The position numbers and the translations under genes are program-made. Shown piece by piece: positions 42,069-51,730 of a stretch of 59,799 bases of DNA (the stretch's first letter is position 1; each line of letters opens with the position of its first letter). Location: NCBI GenBank assembly GCA_964482405.1, contig CAYZXH010000003.1:1-59799 (forward strand). The letters are read 5' to 3'. The notes under the pieces were generated by a model that was given only the letters and a program-made list of their open reading frames with translations, did no database searches and was not told where the DNA came from. Origin of the DNA: an uncultured Desulfurococcaceae archaeon (GTDB taxonomy: Archaea > Thermoproteota > Thermoprotei_A > Sulfolobales > NBVN01).

Positions 42069-43607
42069 GTGTATGATGTGAGAGAGATTGGCGTAGAGAC
42101 TTACGTGCCTGACGCTAGCGTGATAACTAACGGAGTACTTAAGATGATTATTTTGGAGGGGAGGATCAAGGGCAATCTAGTTATTCTCAGAGAGCTCATA
42201 GACTACTTCGAGTCTCTAGCTAAGAATAATAGATCCCTCGGGATATTAGGTCTTGACGAGATGAGGTTTGTTAAGACTGCATGTAATTCTAGGGGAATAC
42301 CTGTTGAAGTAGTTTCTAGCGGCAGGAAAGCAGACGACATGGACGCTTTAGTTAGGTGGTATGCTTTGGACACGGGCGCTACCCTAATAACTTCCTCTAA
42401 GACGCAGCAATTAGCTAGCGAGGCTCTCGGGGTTAAGGTTCTCTACGTAGAGCCGCCTAGAACCCGTTTAACAACGCTCGAAAAATTCTTTGATGATAAG
42501 ACAATGTCAGTGCATCTGAAGGAGGGGGCGCCACCATACGCTAAGCAGGGTAGACCCGGTAAGTGGAGACTCGTTCAACTCTCCGAGAATCCGTTGAGTA
42601 GGGAGGAGATAGAAGCGATAGCTGATGAAATCCTTGAGGTAGCGCGTACAGACCCTGACGCGATCGTAGAAATTGAGAGACCTAACTCTATGATAATACA
42701 GCTAAATCTCTACAGGATAATAATAGCGAGACCGCCGATGAGTGACGGGTGGGAAATAACCGCGGTGAAGCCTCTCGTAAGACCTAAGTTGGAGGACTAC
42801 GTCCTCCCAGAGAAGCTCATGAGGAGGCTTGAGGAGAAGGCTGAGGGCATACTAATAGCTGGTGCTCCGGGAATGGGTAAGACTACGTTCGCTCAAGCTC
42901 TAGCAGATTATTACAGGAGGAAGAATAAAGTCGTTAAGACTATTGAGTCCCCTAGAGACATGCATTTACCGCCTGAAGTTACCCAATACTCCAAGACGTA
43001 CGCCACGTCCGACGAACTACACGATATACTCCTCCTCTCAAGACCTGACTATACGGTCTTTGATGAATTACGTACGGACAGCGACTTCAAACTATACGTT
43101 GACTTAAGACTCGCCGGGATAGGCATGATCGGCGTAATCCACGCGACATCGCCTATTGACGCGTTACAGAGGTTTATAGGTAGGATAGATCTGGGCATGA
43201 TACCCTCAGTAATCGACACAATTCTATTCTTAGAGGATGGTGAGGTACGTAAGGTGTATGACGTGAGCATGAGCGTTAAGTTGCCGACAGGCCTGAAAGA
43301 AGCGGATTTAGCTAGACCCGTAGTTGAGGTCAGAGACTTTCTGAGCGGGCAACTTGAGTACGAGATGTACACTTTCGGCGAGCAAACCGTGGTAGTCCCG
43401 GTGAAGCAGGCAGTAGGAAGCGATTTCGAGGCCATGGTTAGGAAGGCCATATTAGCACTCCTCCCGTCCGCGGAGGTAACGTTTGACGGCAATATAGTCA
43501 CGATAACAGTACCTAGAGAAGAAGCCAAATCAACGAGAAAGCTTAAGAGAAGACTAGCGAACATTGAGAGAAAATATGGAATAATAATTTCCCTTAGATT
43601 AGTTTAG
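42069..43607 (+). CDS. PIN-domain ATPase with KH domain (PINA family)
   Basis: YVPDAS PIN, MSVHLKEG, GAPGMGKT, IESPRD, C-terminal KH-like domain. Confidence 0.9.
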   Translation: MYDVREIGVETYVPDASVITNGVLKMIILEGRIKGNLVILRELIDYFESLAKNNRSLGILGLDEMRFVKTACNSRGIPVEVVSSGRKADDMDALVRWYALDTGATLITSSKTQQLASEALGVKVLYVEPPRTRLTTLEKFFDDKTMSVHLKEGAPPYAKQGRPGKWRLVQLSENPLSREEIEAIADEILEVARTDPDAIVEIERPNSMIIQLNLYRIIIARPPMSDGWEITAVKPLVRPKLEDYVLPEKLMRRLEEKAEGILIAGAPGMGKTTFAQALADYYRRKNKVVKTIESPRDMHLPPEVTQYSKTYATSDELHDILLLSRPDYTVFDELRTDSDFKLYVDLRLAGIGMIGVIHATSPIDALQRFIGRIDLGMIPSVIDTILFLEDGEVRKVYDVSMSVKLPTGLKEADLARPVVEVRDFLSGQLEYEMYTFGEQTVVVPVKQAVGSDFEAMVRKAILALLPSAEVTFDGNIVTITVPREEAKSTRKLKRRLANIERKYGIIISLRLV

Positions 43608-43734
43608 CATACATAGCGAGTTTTGCGAGGATATTTGGTTTTGAGGGTTAAGGGCACATAACAATCACTTTAATACACGGCTTCATTCCCCGTTAATGCT
43701 GGACCCTGTTCAACCTATGTTACTCCTGGTGAGT

Positions 43735-44973
43735 TCACGATTGTCTAGTTAACTTAGCGTATTCGTTAAGAGCTTCAATCATCACATCTACCTCCTCCTG
43801 CGTGTTATATAGGTAGAAGCTTGCCCTAACAGAACCTAAGCTAGCTCCTATGTAATCATGGAGTGGTTGAGCGCAGTGGTACCCGCTTCTTACGGCAATG
43901 TTGTACGCGTCTAGGAACGAAGCTACTAGGTTAGGGTTGAAGTTGTTGAAATTAAAAGAAACGATACCTCCCCTCTTCTTAAGATCTGAAGGTCCATATA
44001 TAACGAGTTTTTCGCTAAGGTATGGATCATTTTTTATCTTACTCATGAAGTAGCTCACTAAGTGCTTTTCATGATCTTCCACGTTACTCATCCCCACACT
44101 CACCAAGTATTTGATGGCTTCCGCCAGACCTACAGCTCCAGCTATATGAGGTGTTCCAGCTTCAAAACTCCACGGAGGTTCTAGAAATTTCACTAAGAAC
44201 TCGCTGTTTCGGTATCTGACTTCTTCAACGATCCCGCCTCCAGTGAACGGGGTTTTAAATTCTTCTTGTAGTTCCTTCCTGAAGTATAGAACCCCTATCC
44301 CGGTAGGGCCAAGCATCTTATGCCCGCTGAAAGCCAGGAAATCCGCGTCGAGTTCTCTAACATCAATAGGCATGTGCGGAACGCTCTGAGCCCCGTCCAC
44401 GACAACTAACGCATCGTTTTCATGAGCAAGCTTGGACACCCTCCTTACATCAACTACCGTTCCTAGAACGTTGCTTACGTGTGTGATCGCAACAACCTTA
44501 GTTCTATTATCTACTAAATCAGCTAATCTATCGTAATTCAAGTCGTAGTCAGACCCTAAATCAACAACCCTAACTTCAAAACCTCTTAACTTGGAAAGAT
44601 ACACCCAAGGAAGTAGGTTGCTGTGATGTTCCATTATAGAAATAACCACATTATCCCCTCTATTAAGTCTTAGCCCCAACATGTAAGCGACCAGATTTAA
44701 TGAGTGTGTAGTACCGCTTGTGAAGATTATCTCCTCAACTCCGCGAGCTCTAATAAATTTACTGACGACCTCATGAGCTTCTTCATACAATTTACTAGCT
44801 TCTAAGGATAACTTATGGACACCCCTGTGTACATTGCTATTACTATACTCATAAAAGTTCTTCACTGCATTTATGACTTGAATAGGTTTCTGTGATGTGG
44901 CTGCGTTATCGAAGTATATGATACCTCTGGAATCAAGTATGGGGAAGTCCTTTCTAATCCTTCTAACGTCCAT
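43735..44973 (-). CDS. sufS: Group II cysteine desulfurase (SufS-like)
   Basis: YFDNAATSQKP, SGHKMLGPTGIG, RSGYHCAQP. Confidence 0.93.
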   Translation of the reverse strand: MDVRRIRKDFPILDSRGIIYFDNAATSQKPIQVINAVKNFYEYSNSNVHRGVHKLSLEASKLYEEAHEVVSKFIRARGVEEIIFTSGTTHSLNLVAYMLGLRLNRGDNVVISIMEHHSNLLPWVYLSKLRGFEVRVVDLGSDYDLNYDRLADLVDNRTKVVAITHVSNVLGTVVDVRRVSKLAHENDALVVVDGAQSVPHMPIDVRELDADFLAFSGHKMLGPTGIGVLYFRKELQEEFKTPFTGGGIVEEVRYRNSEFLVKFLEPPWSFEAGTPHIAGAVGLAEAIKYLVSVGMSNVEDHEKHLVSYFMSKIKNDPYLSEKLVIYGPSDLKKRGGIVSFNFNNFNPNLVASFLDAYNIAVRSGYHCAQPLHDYIGASLGSVRASFYLYNTQEEVDVMIEALNEYAKLTRQS

Positions 44974-45330
44974 TTCTAGTGAAACCCTTATTAATAACTA
45001 TTTTGAAGCAAATAAACTTGTTATTTTTATTTAAACACAGATACTCACGTTCCTGACTAGCATTTATTCCATAACATTCAGGTTTTAATTCTGTCGACTA
45101 GGGAAACTACTCAATTACGATAAAGCCCGCTAGAAGAGAAGCACAGATTGATGAGTAACTAAGTGTTAGAAGAGCTACGAGTACTATAGCTAAAAGTAAC
45201 TTACGGGAACATTAAAACCATTACCCATCTGTCAAAGGGATGGTTCCAGCTCTTTTAATTTTTCCGCGATGAAGCTCTAAGACTTGTAAGCTATTTTAGG
45301 ATTTTCGCGTAATTTTCTCGGGGCTAGTAA

Positions 45331-46737
45331 TTGAGTGAGTTTTTGATCTCGTTAGCCTTGCTTCTGGTGTCTCTAGCGATTGTTTTATCATTTCATTCTT
45401 TCAGGAGGTTAAGGCCTCATACCGGTACCTTCATAACTCTCTACACAATCTTCATGATTTCCTTCCTGCTTCACGCTCCTTTCACTCAGACCCCGCTAGG
45501 TTTGTGGGGCTTTAAATACAATGACTTAGTTTATGGTGTGTTCTTCCCAAGGTTTTCTACTGATCTGATAAACAATAAAGAAAAGCTAGTTAGGTATTGG
45601 TTAAGGCCTGAGTCTTTCGAGGAGTTAGTGGGTGGTACTAACTTATGTCCCGTTCCTTACGTAGACTACAAGTTTGAGTACCCGCCTTTAGTAGGTTTCT
45701 TCTGGTTCTTAACTACCTGCGTTTCCTTCAGCATCTCAGGAAGGCTTACCACGACAGGAGATCAATTTTTCAGCGTGTCTTCGTCAGTAAATTACGTGCT
45801 TCAATCACTAATACTCTTCTCTTTCTTAGCTCTATGTTTTCACTACGTCAAGAAGATTAGCTCTCTTCATGAACTCGGTGTTTGGAAGACCGCACTATTC
45901 TTGATTCTCCCCTCAACTATATTGTACGTCACCTATAACTGGGACATAATAGCTTCGGGTCTGGCCGTGAGCTCCCTCTATTATTTTATGAGAAAGAATT
46001 ACAGGATTTCCGGCTTCTTACTAGGGCTCTCAGTAGCTAGTAAGATATTGACTGGGGGGCTCCTGATACCTCTAGCTACGTACCTATTGAGAGGCGTGGT
46101 GAGGGGTGAGCAAGCCGTTAAGAACCTAACACACTTCATCATCTCTTTCCTCGTCGGGGGGTTAACACCTTTTATTTTAGTATATATTGCGTCTGCCGAG
46201 GGATTCTACGCGTTCATAAACCACCACGCGAGTTGGTACTGCGAGAACTGTGTTTACGCGTTACTGGTTCCGGATATCTTCAGCCCCCTACACAAGTACT
46301 TCTACGTGGTCACGGGTCTAGCACTACTCTCACTAATAGCTATCCAGACGCTGAGGAACTCAAGATCTTTAGTCTCGTTAGCTTATGCCTCAGTTGGGGC
46401 GGTGGTCGCGCTAAACTATGTTTTCACGCCTCAGATGATATTAATGATATCACCGCTCGCTGTCCTAGCACTCAATAAGAGAGAACTCGGGACGTACGTG
46501 ATAGCAGACATAGTTAATTTCTCCTTGATAATAACGTTCTTCGAGGACTCAACCCTTAGGTCATTATTCTCGAAAATCATACCGATAGAAACAGGATTCA
46601 ACCCCTGGACAATAGACTCACCAACACAGTGGTTAGCGACTATTAGAAACATGCTCATACTAATAACCATCGTAGCCTCAATAACGAAACGAAGTGAGTT
46701 ACCTAACCCTTCAGAACGAGCGTTCAGTCTCAACTAG
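45331..46737 (+). CDS. Polytopic membrane protein, GT-C/GT87 (DUF2029)-like glycosyltransferase
   Basis: Many TM segments; EYPPL, YNWD, VFTPQ motifs. Confidence 0.6.
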   Translation: MSEFLISLALLLVSLAIVLSFHSFRRLRPHTGTFITLYTIFMISFLLHAPFTQTPLGLWGFKYNDLVYGVFFPRFSTDLINNKEKLVRYWLRPESFEELVGGTNLCPVPYVDYKFEYPPLVGFFWFLTTCVSFSISGRLTTTGDQFFSVSSSVNYVLQSLILFSFLALCFHYVKKISSLHELGVWKTALFLILPSTILYVTYNWDIIASGLAVSSLYYFMRKNYRISGFLLGLSVASKILTGGLLIPLATYLLRGVVRGEQAVKNLTHFIISFLVGGLTPFILVYIASAEGFYAFINHHASWYCENCVYALLVPDIFSPLHKYFYVVTGLALLSLIAIQTLRNSRSLVSLAYASVGAVVALNYVFTPQMILMISPLAVLALNKRELGTYVIADIVNFSLIITFFEDSTLRSLFSKIIPIETGFNPWTIDSPTQWLATIRNMLILITIVASITKRSELPNPSERAFSLN

Positions 46738-46777
46738 TACCTGCGTCGCGGGGTCTGGGCTTCTAGTTCTTTAGAGT

Positions 46778-47884
46778 CTAGAACGCTAGCCTTTTGGACG
46801 CTTCCCTGTATATTGGGTCTGTAAAGTCGTATCTTTCATTCTCTTTCATCAGTATGCCTAAGGCTACTAACCTGTTTAAGCCATAGTATAGTGTCTTGTT
46901 GTATATGTAGGTTCCTACCCAAGCCTCAACCACTCTTTTTATCGCATTCCAGTTTCCATGACCCATGGCTACTGCCCTCAATATATGTCCGTAGAGCTTA
47001 CCGGATCTCACAATCTTCTCTAATTCGCCGAAAGCTATCTGTATGGCTTCCTCCAATACTTTATCGAGTATATCAAACCTTCTAGACTGAACAACGTTAT
47101 ACCCGTAAAACGCGAGCCACCCCGGTATTCCATCAAGTGCCTCAACAACTTCTTCTATAGTTACTCTCGGTGGCCGAATTCCAGCTTCATTAAAACCTAC
47201 CTCTAAAAACCTTATTGATTCCTCTTTTGAGAATCTATTCAGCACTAGCTCGTCTCTCACCCTGCCGTAGAGTGGGCTAGCGTAGTTATCGAATTCGAGG
47301 AATTCGTATAGCAACCCGATTTCTGAACCGCTTAGGATAAACTTAATATTGCGTAAGTTATCATAACTGTAAGCCATGATCTGTCTGAAATCCATTCTAT
47401 TATGCCCTCTAAGAAACCTTAATTCTTGCGCCTCATCAATAACTACGAGGAAGTAGGTGTTCTGATCTCTAGCGTAATCGTCGAATTTCTCCAGAATAGA
47501 GGTTATCGAGGGCTCCCTCTTCCTCCAATCAAACCCCATCTCAATACTAGTACCCAACACTTCTATCTTCACACCTCTAAGGCTTCTTAAGTACTCAGCA
47601 AGTCTATTGGAAAACTTCGTATGAGCGATGGATTCTGAAAACAACTTATACAATCCCGCAACATTATATTGATATTCGGAGAGCTTTCTCGCGTTAATGT
47701 AAATGTGAGGATAATTATTTTCATTTAGAAACACTTTTAGCAAGGACGTCTTACCTATTCTTCTCACACCGAGACAAAGAATTAAGGGAGAACCATCCCT
47801 CACGTATAATTCTAGCATGCTAAGCTCTTTTTCTCTATTAAATAATTCGCTACGAGATTCCTTCGGTCTCGGGTCGAACAACAT
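46778..47884 (-). CDS. Archaeal AAA+ ATPase (ATPase_2 family) with C-terminal wHTH
   Basis: MLFDPRPK, GVRRIGKT, IDEAQ, SGSE, GIPGWL, FTDP. Confidence 0.9.
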   Translation of the reverse strand: MLFDPRPKESRSELFNREKELSMLELYVRDGSPLILCLGVRRIGKTSLLKVFLNENNYPHIYINARKLSEYQYNVAGLYKLFSESIAHTKFSNRLAEYLRSLRGVKIEVLGTSIEMGFDWRKREPSITSILEKFDDYARDQNTYFLVVIDEAQELRFLRGHNRMDFRQIMAYSYDNLRNIKFILSGSEIGLLYEFLEFDNYASPLYGRVRDELVLNRFSKEESIRFLEVGFNEAGIRPPRVTIEEVVEALDGIPGWLAFYGYNVVQSRRFDILDKVLEEAIQIAFGELEKIVRSGKLYGHILRAVAMGHGNWNAIKRVVEAWVGTYIYNKTLYYGLNRLVALGILMKENERYDFTDPIYREASKRLAF

Positions 47885-47886
47885 TG

Positions 47887-47924
47887 GTTACACCCGTGTA
47901 ACTAAGTTACACCCGTGTAACTAA
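47887..47924. promoter_or_regulatory. Tandem 19-bp repeat, each unit a 7-2-7 palindrome; probable operator of the ATPase gene
   Basis: GTTACACCCGTGTAACTAA at 47887-47905 and 47906-47924. Confidence 0.8.
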
Positions 47925-48020
47925 TTAATAATGCAAGCTTATAAATTAACCCGTCTAAGTGGATCCCGAGCTCTTTTCATAACTTATTAGGATTTGAGAG
48001 TCTAGTGTATTGGTGGTTGT

Positions 48021-48329
48021 GTGGGGAGGAGGAGTAGGAAGAAGTATAAGGTGTTTAGATCTGTACAGAGGACTTTGCCGAAGGTTTTTCAGTGTCCTGC
48101 ATGTGGTTCTATGACCGTGATAATAGATGTTGAAACCTACGTTAACGAGTTAGGTGAGGAGAAGAAGAGAGCTCTTGTTAAGTGTATGAACCCTAAATGT
48201 GGGCTGAGAGCTGAGTTGGTTGAATTGCCGTCGATTTTTGAGGCTGTGGACGCGTACTCAAGGTTCCTCGAGCTGTACGGTACTGATAAGATGAAGACAT
48301 GGTTTGAGAAGGGGGAGTTTATTGAGTGA
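48021..48329 (+). CDS. elf1: Transcription elongation factor Elf1
   Basis: MGRR..K, LPKVFQCPAC...C...C, VDAYSRF. Confidence 0.85.
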   Translation: MGRRSRKKYKVFRSVQRTLPKVFQCPACGSMTVIIDVETYVNELGEEKKRALVKCMNPKCGLRAELVELPSIFEAVDAYSRFLELYGTDKMKTWFEKGEFIE

Positions 48330-49074
48330 GCGCAGGTTCTGGGTTGATTCACACCTGAGGAGCAAGCTTAACTCAGGAGAGAAAATACACTTCACTCTAT
48401 TAGATCCTGACAAAATAAGCGACTTAAGCAAGGTCGATAAGATAGCTGAGATAACGGTCTCAGAAGGTACTGACGCGTTCTTAGTCGGCGGCTCTATAGG
48501 GGTCTCAGAAAGAGACGTGGATGAATTAGTGATTGCTTTGAAGAAGTGGGGATTGCCGGTAATACTATTCCCGGGCAACGTCTCGGGGATCTCGAAACAT
48601 GCTGACGCCATATTATTCATGTCACTCCTGAACTCGGACGACCCCTACTTCATAATAGGAGCTCAAGTACTTGGAGCACCACTAGTAGCTAGGTATGGGC
48701 TGGAGACCCTGCCCACAGGATACGTAATCGTCGGGTATGGCGGAGCCGCGGGCTACGTGGGGAGAGCAAGACCAATCCCCTACGACAAACCAGAGCTAGG
48801 CGTTGCTTACGTCTTAGCAGCCAGATTCTTAGGAATGAAATATGTGTATCTCGAGGCAGGTTCAGGCGCTCCAGAACCCATACCCCCCAAATTCGTGAGG
48901 AAGGTTTCAGCATTCAAGGGGGATTCCGTGCTAATAGTCGGCGGCGGAATAAGAACGCAAGAACAAGCGAGGGAAGCGATCAACTCAGGCGCGGACATAA
49001 TAGTGACTGGCACAGCAATAGAGGAAAACGCGGAGAAAGCCAAGGAAATAATAAGGGCTGTCAAGAAGAAATAA
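48322..49074 (+). CDS. Geranylgeranylglyceryl phosphate synthase
   Basis: TLLDPDK, VGGS, LFPG, YLEAGSGA, GGGIR. Confidence 0.93.
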   Translation: MSERRFWVDSHLRSKLNSGEKIHFTLLDPDKISDLSKVDKIAEITVSEGTDAFLVGGSIGVSERDVDELVIALKKWGLPVILFPGNVSGISKHADAILFMSLLNSDDPYFIIGAQVLGAPLVARYGLETLPTGYVIVGYGGAAGYVGRARPIPYDKPELGVAYVLAARFLGMKYVYLEAGSGAPEPIPPKFVRKVSAFKGDSVLIVGGGIRTQEQAREAINSGADIIVTGTAIEENAEKAKEIIRAVKKK

Positions 49075-49136
49075 TTTTTATGATAGAGAATCTCACTCTC
49101 TACTCTGGAAGACCGCAGGTTATTGATTATGAGTGG

Positions 49137-50342
49137 TCAGAGGTCTTGATATTCCACACATTTCTCTATTATCTCGATATATTTCAAGCCGTGATCCGGT
49201 AGTACAGCTATCACATCGCCTTCGCTTATTATGCCTTCCTCGATAGCGTTTGACACGGCTTTTAAGACGGCCCCGCTACTTAAACCTACTAGTATCCCGT
49301 CTTTTCTGGCTGTGTTGATTACTTCCTCAAGAGCTTCCTTGAGGGTCACCTCATATATCTTATCGATCTTAACTAAGTGAACCCATTTCATGCCTGATTC
49401 TACCCTTCTAATACCAGGTATCACCTCCCCCCTAGCCGGCTGAACACCTATTATCTTAACGTGATCACCGTACCTGTTTTTGAAGTAGTGAGATAAGGCT
49501 GACAGATGCCCTGACGTGCCGAGCCCTCCAACAATAGCCGCGAGCCTTAGCCCGGCACTCCTCACCTGTAGATCCAGTTCCTTCGCTGTATACCTTAAGT
49601 GTACTTCGAAGTTTTTATCATTTTCAAATTGATTGAGGTTGAGGGCTCCGTCCCTTAAAGCATCTTTCCTGACATCATCAATCATCTCAACAGTTATTGA
49701 GGCTCTCCCCCTCACGACCTCAGCTCCCATCAACCTGAAGATATAATCAACACATTGCTGGGCTGTTGAGGGTAAGTATAGACGTGCTTTAACCCCGGCG
49801 ACGTTCGAGAGCGCGGCCAAAGCCAGTCCCGTGTTAGTGGAAGTCGCCTCATAAATCGCTTTCAACCCATTAATACCCCCCAACCTGTCAACAGCTTCTT
49901 TCAACATATACCAGGCTATCCTATCCTTGATACTACAGCTGTATGGGTTATACCACTCTAACTTCCCCCAAACATTGAGTAGTCTGGTGGAAAGATAATT
50001 AAGTCTAGTTAGTGGGGTTGGCCAGTTACGGTAAAGTAGTTCTACAGTATCCTTGAAGACTCTCATAGGTTCCGGGTTAATGTCCTCATAAAAACCGAGT
50101 TCTTCAAGCGTTATGTTGGGGGGTCGCGTTATCTCGCCTTGAGGGACTACTGGAGCTTTAACACATCCTAGTCTCCTCAGGACATCGCAGAGCTCGCTGT
50201 TGTTAATTACCTTACCAGACTCGTCAACCACTATAGCGCTAGACACGTAATCACTTCTCAATAACTCGGCAGACATACTTAAGAAGTCTTCAAAACTCAC
50301 CTCACTACATCTAAGGTTGTCCAGCCTAACTAACTTGACCAA
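49137..50342 (-). CDS. O-phosphoserine sulfhydrylase (Aeropyrum-type cysteine synthase with extra N-domain)
   Basis: KLEWYNP..SIKDR, TSTN, NQF.ND.NF..H, LGTSGH, IPGIRRVE; closely resembles A. pernix OPSS as I recall it. Confidence 0.85.
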   Translation of the reverse strand: MVKLVRLDNLRCSEVSFEDFLSMSAELLRSDYVSSAIVVDESGKVINNSELCDVLRRLGCVKAPVVPQGEITRPPNITLEELGFYEDINPEPMRVFKDTVELLYRNWPTPLTRLNYLSTRLLNVWGKLEWYNPYSCSIKDRIAWYMLKEAVDRLGGINGLKAIYEATSTNTGLALAALSNVAGVKARLYLPSTAQQCVDYIFRLMGAEVVRGRASITVEMIDDVRKDALRDGALNLNQFENDKNFEVHLRYTAKELDLQVRSAGLRLAAIVGGLGTSGHLSALSHYFKNRYGDHVKIIGVQPARGEVIPGIRRVESGMKWVHLVKIDKIYEVTLKEALEEVINTARKDGILVGLSSGAVLKAVSNAIEEGIISEGDVIAVLPDHGLKYIEIIEKCVEYQDL

Positions 50343-50355
50343 GCTTGGGTCCCCG

Positions 50356-50370
50356 TAATAACATTGTTAT
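50356..50370. promoter_or_regulatory. Palindromic operator copy 1 (TAATAAC-ATT-GTTAT)
   Basis: 13 nt upstream of OPSS start, adjacent to TATA-like TTTTTAAAAA. Confidence 0.7.
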
Positions 50371-50413
50371 CGGTTTTTAAAAATCGTAGTCTTAGTTTCA
50401 TAGGGGGTATTGA

Positions 50414-51475
50414 GTGAGGTATAAAATCTCGAAACTACTTGAGGAATATTCAAGGCAGATCATAATTAAGGAAATCGGGGTTAAAGGGCAATTAAAGCTA
50501 CTGAATAGTAAAGTGGTTGTGATAGGCTGCGGCGCCACCGGAAGCACAGTAGCTGAATTACTAGTTAGGGCTGGCGTCGGGTTCATTAAGATAGTGGATA
50601 GAGACTTCGTTGAACTCAGTAACATACCCCGCTCTCACTTACACGTTGAGGGAGACGCTGACTCAGCGAAACCTAAGGCGTTGAGCTGTGCTGAAAAGTT
50701 AAGTAAGATTAACTCTTTCAGTAAGGTAGTTCCTCTAATCACGGAGGTCACCCAAAGCAATATAGAGGGTTTAATTTCTGACGCGGACGTGGTGATCGAC
50801 GCCACCGACAATTACGAAATCAGGTACTTGATAAACGACGCCGCCCTCAAGCTACGTAAGCCATGGATTCACATAGGTGTTGGGGGTTGGTACGGTCAGG
50901 TGATGTTCATTAAGCCCTACGAGACAGCCTGCTTCAGATGCCTCCTCCCCAAACCCCCGCCTGACGTCGGGGACGCTTGTAATGTGCTAGGGGTTATGAA
51001 CACCCTAGTATCTATGGTTGCGTCTATAGCCGTTAATGAAGTCATAAAATACCTGGTTGGCTTGGAAGTAGGGAATTACCTAATATTTGTTGACGCGCTG
51101 AGGACTCAGGTAAGTAAGTTTAAAGTGGCTAGAAACCCTGAATGCCCATCTTGTTCTTTAGGTAGGTTTGACTTCCTCAGTCAGAGAGAGTATCGGAGGG
51201 CTAAGGTGATATGTGGTTCTAATTCGATCCAAGTATATCCTTCAAGTCAGGTCTCACTAAAGTTTGAGGATCTTCAAGACCTAGATATTGAGGGAATCGA
51301 TGTTATCTCGATAACCTCCCACACATTGAGGGTGAGGATTGATGGGTATGAAGTCACCCTCTTCAACGACGGCCGAGCAATCGTAAGTAGTTTGACCGAC
51401 GAGAAAATCGCTCTTAAAGTTTACGAAAGCTTACTTTCGAAGCTTGGAAGCCGTGGTGAGCTTAATGAATACTGA
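50414..51475 (+). CDS. ThiF/MoeB-family E1 adenylyltransferase with C-terminal extension
   Basis: GCGATG, DRDFVELSN, DATDN, CFRC, CPSC. Confidence 0.9.
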   Translation: MRYKISKLLEEYSRQIIIKEIGVKGQLKLLNSKVVVIGCGATGSTVAELLVRAGVGFIKIVDRDFVELSNIPRSHLHVEGDADSAKPKALSCAEKLSKINSFSKVVPLITEVTQSNIEGLISDADVVIDATDNYEIRYLINDAALKLRKPWIHIGVGGWYGQVMFIKPYETACFRCLLPKPPPDVGDACNVLGVMNTLVSMVASIAVNEVIKYLVGLEVGNYLIFVDALRTQVSKFKVARNPECPSCSLGRFDFLSQREYRRAKVICGSNSIQVYPSSQVSLKFEDLQDLDIEGIDVISITSHTLRVRIDGYEVTLFNDGRAIVSSLTDEKIALKVYESLLSKLGSRGELNEY

Positions 51476-51689
51476 GGTGCTAGATATGAGGGGTCTTCAA
51501 TGCCCTGAACCACTAATAAGAATAGTTAAGGTTATTGAGGGGCTGAGTACCGGAGAAGTTGTAGACGTAGTAACGGATGTTCCGGAATGCGTTAACTTAA
51601 TAAAGGAAACTGTTGAAGGTTTTGAGTTAGGTCTTGTCGAAGTATTGAATAGGGGCGAGTACTTCGTTTTGAGGGTATTAGTTAGGTAA
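51465..51689 (+). CDS. tusA: TusA/SirA sulfur carrier
   Basis: LDMRGLQCPEP; GGTGA SD before ATG 51465. Confidence 0.88.
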   Translation: MNTEVLDMRGLQCPEPLIRIVKVIEGLSTGEVVDVVTDVPECVNLIKETVEGFELGLVEVLNRGEYFVLRVLVR

Positions 51690-51703
51690 GCTTTATTCAC
51701 TCC

Positions 51704-51718
51704 TAATAACATAGTTAT
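51704..51718. promoter_or_regulatory. Palindromic operator copy 2 (TAATAAC-ATA-GTTAT)
   Basis: 12 nt upstream of iscS start, downstream of CTTTATT. Confidence 0.7.
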
Positions 51719-51730
51719 GTGGTGTGAAAC

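Noticed and set aside
45148-45195. UGAUGA box in the sufS upstream region
   Set aside because: No properly spaced D' or D box
47887-47924. Possible CRISPR mini-array
   Set aside because: Two abutting 19-bp units with no spacer and no cas genes; no CRISPR array seen anywhere in the window
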